Shown piece after piece: positions 51,532 to 62,000 of a stretch of DNA of 64,000 nt (its first letter is position 1; each line of letters starts with the position of its first letter). A program made the position numbers and the translations under genes. The notes beneath the pieces were generated by a model. The model saw nothing but the letters and a program-made list of their open reading frames with translations, was not told the DNA's origin and ran no database searches. The DNA is from Monocercomonoides exilis PA203 (lineage: Eukaryota; Protista; Preaxostyla). Where the stretch lies: positions 1,612,001 to 1,676,000 of the forward strand of contig LSRY02000016.1 of assembly GCA_001643675.2 (NCBI GenBank). The letters run 5' to 3'.

Positions 51532-54231
51532 CTCTTTCTCTCTCTCTTCTCCTTTTCTCTTCTCTTCTCCTTCTCTCCTCTCCCTCTCCTCTCCCTCTCC
51601 TTCCATACTTTCTGTGTCGGGTGTGTGTGTATCCACCCCATCATAATCAGGTCATTGCCTGTGATGTATTCTTCTATCTCCTCTTCTCCTTCTGCCTGGC
51701 ACGTGTCTTTCGTCCCATGCTGCTTGGGAATAACAACTGTGCTCAGAACAAGAAGAGATTGAGAGGCAGTTGATGAGAGAGATGTAGAGGAAAGAGCTGG
51801 AAATGAGGAAGGGAAAGAATAAAATGTGTTTATAAAAGAAAGAAAGAAAGAAAGACGAATAGAGAGAAATAAATGAGTTCAAAAGGAATTGTTTGTAAAA
51901 GGGAAGGATGTTGGTAAATAGATGTTAAATAAAAAAACGTATTTATTAGGGAAAAATAAATAAGTAAAAAAAAGGTTTTTTTTAAAAAAAAGTTTAAAAA
52001 ATATCAAAAAAGCTTCAAATAAAAATACTACACACAAAAATACTCTCCAAGTTTTAATTAAAAAAAAAAACTGAAAAAAAATAGCCTTTTCTCTTTCTCT
52101 TCCTCTTCCTCTTTCTCCTCTTCTTCTTCCCCTCCTCATATAAATATAAATATAAATATACACAATAATATATACACACCTCCCATCACCTTCCCCACCT
52201 CCTTATTTGCTATCACCCCCTCCCTCGCCATCTTCCTCACTCTCTCCACCTCCTCCCTCTTCTCAATTATCTTCCCACACAGCATCCCACACGTCTCTAT
52301 GTCCATTCTGTTGTTCTCTGCTGCTGCTGCGATGAAATGGCGGATGAGAGAGAAAGGAACAAAGATGCGACGAAAGAGAGGGTTGGGGGGGAGAAGGAGG
52401 GTGGTGTGGATGTCACGGATGGGCGGGGATAAAGAAGGAAGAGGAAGAGAATGAGAAGAGGAAGAAGAGGGAGAGGAAGAAGAAGAAGAAGAAGAAGAGG
52501 GATAAGAAGAAGAAGACTGTGGAAAGGAAGAATAAGGCGTTGATTGAAATGGTGGTTGATGTGTGGTTTGTGATGAGGAGTAAGGGAATGGTGAAAGAGA
52601 AGAAGGAGAAGGAGAAGGAGAAGAATATGAAGAAGAAGGAGAAGAGGAAGAGAAAGGCGGAGGAGCAGCAGAAGGAGAAGAGAACTGTTGAGTACACTGG
52701 GGAAGAGGATAAGAAGAAGGAGGAGGAAAAGAAGGAGGAAAAGAAGAAGAAGGAGGAAGAGGATGAGGAGAAGAAAGAGGAGGAGGTTGTGAATAAAAAG
52801 GGGGTATTTGTGTTTGTGTTTGTGTTTGTGCTTGTATATGAGGAGGAAGAGAAGGCTGTGAGTGGAGTGGAATGACAGATGTGTGTGAGTAGGATATCTG
52901 TTTTGATGGATTCTGATAAGAAAATTATTATATTAATGAATAGAATTAATAGAATAGAATAGAATAAAAGAAAAGAAAAAGAAAAAGAAAAGAAAAAGAA
53001 AAGAAAATATAAGAAAATATAAGAAAATATAAGTAAATTGAAGAAAATTTAAGAAAATTTAAGAAAAGAAAAGAAAAGAACAATAAAAATTGGATAAGAT
53101 AAAAAATGATTATAAATAAAAATATATATTCTATTTTTAATGTTTCATTTATTCACAAATCCACACCTGAGTAGTAAAAGCCGGCGGAAGCTGAGTTGTT
53201 GGGGTAAACGAATTCCTTGCCCATCCCTGCTGCGACTGTGCAATGACTGAAGGAGCCACATAGAAACCTGCTCCAGCTGCACAAACTGTACTTGCTGGAT
53301 GAGAAGGTTGAGAAGAGGTTGTGAATTGAATGGAAGAAGATGTCAATGAAGGTGGCTGCGATGGTGATGGATCTGTGGAGAGCGACGAGTTTGGACTTAC
53401 GTGGGAAGCCTGCTGTTGCGATGCTGATGCAGAAGATGAAGAAGCATAAGTCGTCGATCCACTTTTTTGAGTGGTTGAAGATGCTGAATGAGACGAAGAA
53501 TATCCATATGAAGGGACAAAGGTGGAAACAGGAATAGAATTTGCTGGTGTCAATGAAACACTCTTTGAAGATGAATCAAAATCTATGGGTTCTTGTTCTC
53601 TTATCAGTGATTTGTCCTCGTCTATTTTTAGCCCTGAAAATAATTCTGAAAGATCATCATCACTTGCAATAGGAATTGAAAGGCACAAGTCCATTGGAGT
53701 CTTTGAAACTCCAACAATTTCTTCGTTACATTTCTTTCGTTCGAGTTCTTGCTCTTCAGCCGATGCAACATGTTCTTCAGGTTCATCAATTGGGTTTCCG
53801 GAAGCTAATTTTTGTTTAATTTCTGGTTTTAAACGTTCCAAAATATCTAGCATGGTACTGACTTTCTTTATAAAAAATGTAACTGAAAGAAAATTCTTAA
53901 TAATTCATACTTCAGTCGCATCCTTCTTTTTGGATTGAGATACCACAGACGCAAAATTTGGATGTTTTTGAAGCACAACAAGGTAGATTCTATTGAGAAA
54001 AAATATATGCATATATATTATAAGCGAAATAAAACTGAAAATTTTCTAATCGAACTGTGTCCCTCTGTAAGCAGAACGAAATGCTTGCTCCTTTTTGTTT
54101 TTTGTATCACAAATGATGCATGTTGAATATGCATTTATAAAAAATCTAAGGATTGTGTAAATGTCTTGATTTTTCAATTGTTTCAGCTTGGAATCCTCTT
54201 CATTAAATAATTTTTCGAGATTTTCACTCAT
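50621..54231 (-). CDS. AMSH: AMSH/STAMBP JAMM metallo-deubiquitinase, multi-exon
   Basis: IETCGMLCGK, VVIPKQHGTKDTC, GWIHTHPTQ..FLSSVDLHTH, ESIAVVC and KCPKRGFHRH motifs; helical N-terminal domain. 3' end approximate. Confidence 0.92.
51093..51211. repeat. Perfect (AAAAGAAG)n octamer array in an AMSH intron
   Basis: About 14 tandem copies visible. Confidence 0.95.
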
Positions 54232-54396
54232 GTATCGAAATCATATAATAATGGTTGTTAAAAATTTCTTTGAAGATTCGAATTATCATTAATGTCCTTT
54301 GATAATTGTAATATTGTTGTGAACGAGAAAACCGAAAGAAATAAACTCATATATTATTATAGGTTGAGATCATTTTTTCGATCAAGAGAGAAGAAA
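54232..54396. promoter_or_regulatory. 165-bp divergent intergenic region AMSH/E2
   Basis: Head-to-head ATGs at 54231 (-) and 54397 (+). Confidence 0.5.
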
Positions 54397-55158
54397 ATGG
54401 CATCAGCTGCAACAAAACGTATTCCAGGAGAGTTGGCAAAAGCACTTCGCGAGCAACCAGATGGTATTATTATTGAAGCAGATCCATCAAATATCTTCAA
54501 GTGGAACGTGACTATCGCAGGACCTGTTTGCCAGATATATTTCTTTAAATTAAGAGTTAATTGTCTTTTTGAAAGGCTGGAACACCTTATGCAGGAGGAC
54601 AATTTCATATGCTCGTTGAATTTCCACCAGATTATCCTTTCAGCCGTTTGCTTTTTTTGACTATGAAATTTTGATTTGTTGATATTCTTTTTTTGGGGAA
54701 AAATCAGCACCAAAGCTGACATTCACTCATAAAATCTATCATCCAAATGGTTTGAATTCACAGTTAAGTTTGTTTAGTGTTAAATTGTTCTATTTTTAGT
54801 GAAAAAGGATGGAAGCCACATTTGCGCTGATGGTCTTGATCAAACTGATTGGAAGGCCGGAATGAAAACTCTTGATCGTATGCTTTTTATTATTATTTTT
54901 GCTAATCTTGCAAATTTGAATTCAAAAATATTCTGTTTTAGTTATTATTCTTGTGTATAATCTTCTGAAAACTCCAAATCCAGGTCATCCTGTTGAAGAA
55001 GATATTGTATGATTTAAAAACCTTATACATCCTTGTTCATTAACCTTTTTTATTGTATAATATTTTTGATAATCTTTGAACAGGCAATGGAATTTAACGA
55101 AAAACCAGCACAATTTGCTCAAACAGCAAGACAGTGGACTGCTAACTATGCCAAGTAA
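54397..55158 (+). CDS. Ubiquitin-conjugating enzyme E2 (UBE2L3/UBC4-like), six small exons
   Basis: ATKRI..EL, WNVTIAGP|AGTPYAGG.F....FPPDYPF.PPKLTF.HKIYHPN, HIC (catalytic Cys), WKAGMKT, PNPGHPVEEDIA, ARQWTANYAK*. Confidence 0.93.
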
Positions 55159-55829
55159 ACGGAAGTATAAGACTCCAAGATATTTGTACTTGGATTAGAT
55201 ATAATTCGTTTTTGCATATTGCAGAATTAGCTTTTTTGGTTGTTTTTAATCATACCTAATTTTTGGCATTAACTTATTCACGGAAAATATTAAGATCTTT
55301 TATTTTTTTTTTTTCCATTAAGCTTCAAATACAATAACAAATGAAAATAATAAACATATTATGATAAATAAAAATTTAATAGTTTATTGAATAATTTACA
55401 AAAACCAAATCATCATTGAAAGTTATTTATATGTAACTATAATTATTTCCGATTTGTAACACTTTCGAAAAACCATTCGTTTATTGGAGTTTATTACTCA
55501 CAAAAAGAACAGATATTCACTGTTCTTGTTTGTTGTTAATTCTTTTAAAATTTTTTAAATTATAAAAAAAACTTATTTGATGAAAATTTTGTTTGTTAAA
55601 TCGTGTTTTTTTTTTGGAATGAGCGATTATATACGTATGAAAAAAACTCGTTAACATATCAATTGTTCACCACATGTCTTTTATTGCTGAAATCCAAAAT
55701 AAACTGGCCTTTAATCGATGTTCATTATTCCCCACTCATCTGGTTTTGTTTGATTTGTTATACATGTGCATGAAAGCCGAAATGAACAGTTATTTAATTT
55801 TCAATTTCGATCACTTTTTCGAAGCGTTA

Positions 55830-56543
55830 ATCGATAATCCGCGCTGTTGATGCAGTTTTCTGCAAATCATTCACAAGTCAACTTTCTTCAAAAACAGAAA
55901 ATAAGTTAATTTATGAAGAAACTTGTAATATTGCATTCACAGCAACCCATAAAAGTTGTTCCATGCTATTGTGCGTTGAACCCGACTTAACCTGTTGAAT
56001 TTGTAGCTTCCAAAGTGAGAAAATTAATCAATCCAATAACTGCAACAAGTGCGTTGTATTCGGAGGAAAAACCAAAAGCCAAATATCTTCATTAGCAAGA
56101 CGAGTCAATGCATTATCCGATAGGTGGATTCTACAGCCATCAAGAATCAACACTTCCTGTGCGTGTTTATCTGGCAAAATCATTCTTTTAATGTTGACAT
56201 GAGGAATGAAAACATTCTCAATCCAGTTTTCAAACCACTCCTTTGTGAAATTAGACAATTTTTTGATTTCAACGCAACCATGAATTCCTATTTGATAGCC
56301 TTGAGACCGAAGGGATCTTTTGTTTAACGGTTTTTGCGCCAGAAAACAAGGAGGAACAAAAGTATCATCAAGTGAAATTATGAGGAGCAATGCTATCTTA
56401 ATCTCTCCTCTGTAAACATGCGTGTGATCAATAACACGATTTTCATTTGTTCCCACTATTCAGTTTTCATTTCTTGTATCTTCATGGGCATAACAACCTG
56501 ATTCATCTGCACTGTAGATCATTGAAGAATATTTTCCACACAT
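55830..56543 (-). pseudogene. Decayed DD35D pogo-like transposase
   Basis: MIYSADESG (~56495-56522, out of frame) and LILDGCRIH...FPPNTTHLLQLLD (35-residue spacing) followed by a stop; 5' part cut off at a MITE. Confidence 0.8.
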
Positions 56544-56547
56544 ATAT

Positions 56548-56787
56548 GTCTTAATTTTTTTGAATACTTCCTTTTGTTTAATTATCAATTAAAACAAATA
56601 TTTCATATTTTCGTCAATTTTCTGTTCCCCTCCATTAAACTACACAGAAAAGGAAATAATAACTTTGTTGAAGTACCGTTTCCATTATCGAAAAGTTACG
56701 TGAGTGGGAACAGAAAATTGAAGAAAATATGAAATATGAGTTTGATTTGAAAATTATTCAAAATGAAGTTTTCAAAAAATAATTGCC
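56548..56787. mobile_element. Foldback MITE (240 bp, ~85-bp TIR) abutting/interrupting the transposase remnant
   Basis: ATATTTCATATTTTCGTCAATTTTCTGTTCCC / GGGAACAGAAAATTGAAGAAAATATGAAATAT; right end TTCAAAAAATAATTGCC; TSD ATAT at 56544-56547 and 56788-56791. Confidence 0.8.
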
Positions 56788-56791
56788 ATAT

Positions 56792-56835
56792 GGGTGATTA
56801 TTTTTGAAATCATAACTATTTTCGAGGTGCTGATA
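56792..56835. mobile_element. Solo family A MITE end
   Basis: GGGTGATTATTTTTGAAATCATAACT starting immediately after the shared ATAT; truncated before a poly-T tract. Confidence 0.65.
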
Positions 56836-56857
56836 AATAAGCTTTCCTATAGAACAT

Positions 56858-56911
<54 letters not shown>

Positions 56912-57344
56912 CATACAATGAAAATTTTATTATTGTCGTTCCATAAGCCAATGTTTGAGCACTGTGAAAAGCACCATCCTCTTTTTGAAGTGCTTTCACT
57001 TTTTCGTGTTCATTCTTTTGACTTTCGAAGCAAAATTTCAAATCGAAATGTTCGATTGAAACAATATGATGTCAAAAAATTATCGCCAGTATATTGAAAA
57101 GTTGTTCTATTTCTGATAAAACAGTTTTTGGTTTTGTTTAATGAATGCTAATCGAAAATTTTGTGGATTTTCATGCTTTTTTGCACGAAACAAACGGAAT
57201 TTATTTCTTCCACTTTTTTTGATCTTATTTTCATTCTTGAATATTTATCAATTCATCTTTGATTCTGAGCTTGATTGTAATAAAAACTTGATATTTTGAA
57301 ACACTCAACTCATCTCAAAAAAAACTCATTGATAAAATAAATTT

Positions 57345-57612
57345 GGGGGAAAATACGTACTTTCAAGCTTTTTTTACACAAAGCATGAAATAACTGTTTC
57401 ACTTATAACATTATAAAACTTTATCAGATTTCATAAGGAATTTGATTTTCATATCCGTGTGCAAACGTCATTGATGCGAAAACAAAATGTTTTGTGACAT
57501 CACTTGTATTTCAAAAAATGAACCCATTTTTTTTCCATTTTTTGATAACAAAAAGTTCATCGAAGGTGCATAATTTTTCAATGAAAATGCCTGAATTCTG
57601 ATATTTTGTCCC
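57345..57612. mobile_element. Family C MITE, inverted relative to 30119-30363
   Basis: GGGGGAAAATAC...CAATGAAAATGCCTGAA..ATATTTTGTCCC; internal similarity to 30119-30363. Confidence 0.7.
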
Positions 57613-57841
57613 GTGTTTTGGATTCCGACATAATAAACATTGCTATTGTTATGTCAATTTTTGGTTCATTCATTCATCATTTCCGAAAAAGAAAATCATT
57701 GCAAATCAATCTTTCCATTGAAAAACTTCTAACATTTAGATGTTATTTGAAGAGTTCGAATAAAAAACTCGATCAAAAAATTCGAAAAATCTTCAATATG
57801 AAGATATTATATTATTCAATTTTCCAAAAAGAATTATTCAT

Positions 57842-58092
57842 AGGTGATTATTTTTGAAACATTTTTTAATCGAAAACAAAAATTTTTTCTTTTGTTCAGA
57901 ATGTATATGACTGTTCATTAAAAAGTGATTTTGCACTTCACAAATGATTCCATTGAGAATACATCTCAAACATTGGCATATTGAGCGTTATTCACAAATT
58001 GAACATTTGCACAAAGGCTAATCACTCTTTCAACAAATCACTATTTAATTTTCAACTTTCAGAAAACAGTTATAATTTCGAAAACGTCACCC
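57842..58092. mobile_element. Degenerate family A-like MITE (~250 bp)
   Basis: AGGTGATTATTTTTGAAAC / GTTATAATTTCGAAAACGTCACCC followed by ACAT. Confidence 0.6.
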
Positions 58093-58298
58093 ACATTTCA
58101 AAATTTTGTCTCGATTTTTTGAATAATAAAACCTCCGTATTTTACAGCGGCTCATTCAATTTCATTCCAAATATGCTTTCATGTACTAATTTGGGCTTCA
58201 TTGAAATATGGTTTATTTGTTTATCACTAAACTGATCAAAAAATGAGTTTTTTTTCATAACCCTTATTTTGTCATTCATTGTTTTCTGAAAAGAGTAA

Positions 58299-58330
<32 letters not shown>

Positions 58331-58809
58331 TTTTTTCTTGTGAGACGAAAGACAAATATAACTATCTTCTATTTTTTGATAAATCTATCTTTGCAAATTT
58401 CGTTCAAGTAAGAAGAGAAAAAAATACATATTTATTGAAAATGGTCATGAAATGTATCAAAAAAATGAAGAAAAACTTGTTAATTTCTATGATGTGAAAA
58501 AAAAAGCAAATCCTTATCAACAAAACTTAAAACAAACAAACGCATTGAATGAGTTAAAAATGAAGAAGATAATATTTTTCTTCAACAACAATTGAATAAA
58601 AAAGCTAATTCTATATAATTTGAACAAAACTATTTAAAATATAAATAATTCGACACATCAATTTATAAAGCTTCAATTCCATTGCTGCTCTAGTAATACA
58701 CAATGAAAAAAAAAAAAAAAAGAACAAACTTATATTCTTCACACAAAATTCTGAAAGTGAATAATACTATTACCATAACAACAAATAAACAAAAAAATAA
58801 AAAAAAAAA

Positions 58810-58848
<39 letters not shown>

Positions 58849-59005
58849 TGATGGATGCTTCCAATCAAATTGCATTCCGCAATGAATAACAATAATTACG
58901 CTGATTAATAATAATAATATTATTATTTACAAGTGATTAACAAATGCTTCGTAACATTAAAAAAGTGCACACACAATAAAACTCAGATATTGCACATTGT
59001 TCATT

Positions 59006-62000
59006 TCATTTTGAAGAAGCCAGCCCTCTTCCAGACAGCTCCTTCTGGAGGCGCTGCTGATATTCTCTTTCTCTCCTCTGCTGTTTCATCTTGACCAGCG
59101 CATCAAACTCACTTTCACTGTCTTTCGAAGAAGAAAGCCCTTCCAACGAGGCAGTGCTGGCTGTGCCTGAAGAGGAATAAGTGGAACTTAAAGAAGAAGA
59201 AGAAGAAGATGATGATGAAAAAGCAACAGCAGAAGAGAAAGAAGGAAGCTTATGCTGAGGTTGAGTGTTATGTGTGCGATTCACTCCAGTCGGACGAACA
59301 GGCAGCGAATAAGGCGACATTAGCGAATTGTCCTTTGGAGGGGAAGAAAGAAGGAACGAAGGAGAAGCAAAGCTCAAGGGTGACATTGATTTGATCGAGG
59401 AAGGAGATTTGGTTCGACTCTCTGAAATATGATGAGCATTATCTCTAATTGGACTCAAAGTGTCTTTCTTCTTCTTCTTCTTGTTATTCTTTGTACTTGC
59501 ACTCCTGCTGCTTTTCTTAACTAAACCTCTTTCTTCTCCTTCTCCTTCTTCATCTTCCATTTCCTCCCCACTCTCCTCCTCCTCCTCTTCTCCTTTGTAA
59601 GAAAGCCTGCTTTTCTCAGTCATCGCACCGCTTCTGCCATCAACACCTGAATTTTCTGAGCTAATCCCCAAAATGCTGCTGTGCCCTTGTCTTTTTGCTC
59701 TTTCTGAATAGTATCCGTCTCCATACAATTCTCTGTTCCTCTTGGCCAGCTGCATTGCACGAGTCGTTTTATTCGCCTTCTCTTTTCTTCCTTCTTCACT
59801 CATTCCCATTTCCTCTGCTGCTTTCTTTCTTTCCTTTGCTTTGTTCACTTCTCTGCCAGAATCCACACTAGTTCTGTTTGTCTCTGTCTGCCTCTGCTCT
59901 TTCCTTTCTGTGTGTTTCTCTTCTGTCTCCTTGTTCCCTTGCCTTTGTGTCGCCTGCATTTGCATTGCCAGCTTCTTCCTGTTCCTCTCCAAAAGCTGCA
60001 GCTTCCGCTCGGTCACTGCCACAAGCAGCAAAGCTTCTTCTCTTTCTCTCCTCTTCTCTGCCTCCTCTTTCCTCTTCAGCTCTTCCTGTTCTTTCTGCAT
60101 CTTCTCCTTCTCCTTTCTCTTCTCCTTCATCTTCTCGATCCTCTTCTCCCTCTCCTCCACTTGCTTCTTCCTCTCCTCCTCCTTCTTCCTCCTCCTCTGC
60201 ATTTCTCTATCCACCCTCTTTGCGTGCCTGTCCAGCATAATCCACTGCCTCATCCTCTCCTTCTCCCTCAGCTCTTTCTTCCTCATTTGCGTGTTGTCCT
60301 TCTGCACATTGCGTATAGACATCGCCAATGACTGAATCTGAGGTGTTGTCATTCTATTGGATAAAGCTGCAGAAGGCGAGAAAGATGCCTCTTTTGCAGA
60401 GGAAGGCGTTTCTGTTGCATCCAAACGGAGCTGTTGTTGTTGTTGTGAATGGGAAAAGGAAGAAGAACTGAAAGATGTGCTGATTGGAGGAGGTTTGTTG
60501 TTGTTGGAAGAAGAAGAAGAAGAAGAAGCAGAAGGAGAAGAAAGAATCAAAGAAATATCGTTCAGATTGAGAATAGCTGGGTTCTCAACTGAATTAGAAT
60601 CAGAAACAGAAGCAGAAGAAGAAGATGATGAAGATGATATTGCATTTGCATTAGAATTTGTATTAACATCAACATTTGTGCTAACATTTCCATTGACAGA
60701 AGAGACAGGTTGTTGACTTAGAGGAGGCAGTCGAGAAGGAGTTTGAACAGAAGAAGAAGTGGGCGTGCAGCAAGAAGAAGGGAACGAAGAGGCAATTAGA
60801 GGAGAAGAAGAGGCAGTGGCAGGCGAATAGAGAGAAGGAGAGGAAGGCCAAGAGGATGTTTTAGAGGGAACGAGGAAGTTTATGCGTGTTCTTTCTGTTG
60901 TTTGGGAAGAGAGAGAAGAAGAAGAAGGAGAAGAAGGAGAAGAAGGAGAATGGACAAAGGGAGCAGGAGCTGTGTTACTATTATTATTGTTGTTGTTGAT
61001 TGATTTTGGCTTGAAAGCAAAGGAAGAAGTGTCAGCTGTGCGGAGGAGGTTGTATGTGGAGGAGATTGGAACAAGAGAGGAAAGAAGAGAAGAAGAAGGA
61101 AGAACGACAAAGGGAGAATAAGAAGAAGAAGAAGATGGTGATGATGTTGTTGATGTTGATGATTGAGGATTGAAATAAACATGATGTGAAGGGAAGAATA
61201 AAGACGTTCTCTTTCCTTCTTCCTTCTCTTCTTTCTCTTTCTCTTTATCATATTCTTCTTCTCCTTCTTCTTCGCCCTCTTCACCCTTTTCACCCTCTTC
61301 ACACTCAACTTCACACACAATTGCGCCATCTTCTTTATATTTCATAGCTTTTCTTCCAATCTCCTTGTCTTCTTCCTCAACATCTATTTTAGGTGCCATC
61401 ATTCTTTTCATTGCAAACAGGCAGGAACGCTGAGAGGCAAAGAAAGAAGGCGAAAAGACGTCGTTGTGGAAGATGAGGAGGTCTTTGTTGAAGAGGAAAG
61501 GAGAAAGAAGAGAGGAGGAATCAGATTGGTTGAGGTCTGAATCGAAAGTGCAGGAGGAGGAAGAGGAAGAAAGAGAAGGAAAGGCAAGTGAAGGCAAAGA
61601 AAGAGAAGAAGAAGAAGAAGAAGTTGATGAACTTCCTTTTTGTTCTTCTTTGATTTTCTTCTGTTTTGCTTCTTCTTTCTTTCTCTCTCTCATCATTCTT
61701 TTTCTTCTCTTCATTTTGTCGATTCTTATCTGCTTTTGCGACAATCGGAAGAAAAGCGAAATACGTCCCATCAAAAATGTGATCAAAAGAAAGCCCACAT
61801 TTTGTGAAGGGTTCAAATATTCCAATGCTGGTGATGTTTGACAACTTGTCAAATTTCCTGTCAAATTATCTGTCAAATTGTTTGTTGAACTGTCTGTTGA
61901 ATTGAATGCAGCTTCGTTCTTTGTGTAAGACGGAACAAGAAATGATGATGATGATGAGGAGGAGGAGGAAGAGGAAGAAGAAGAGGAGGAAGTGTTTTTA

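Noticed and set aside
54397-55158. Alternative genetic code (TAA/TAG read as Gln, known in some oxymonads)
   Set aside because: Conserved genes end at TAA or TAG exactly where homologs end (E2, meckelin, OTU1), and long ORFs need no read-through.
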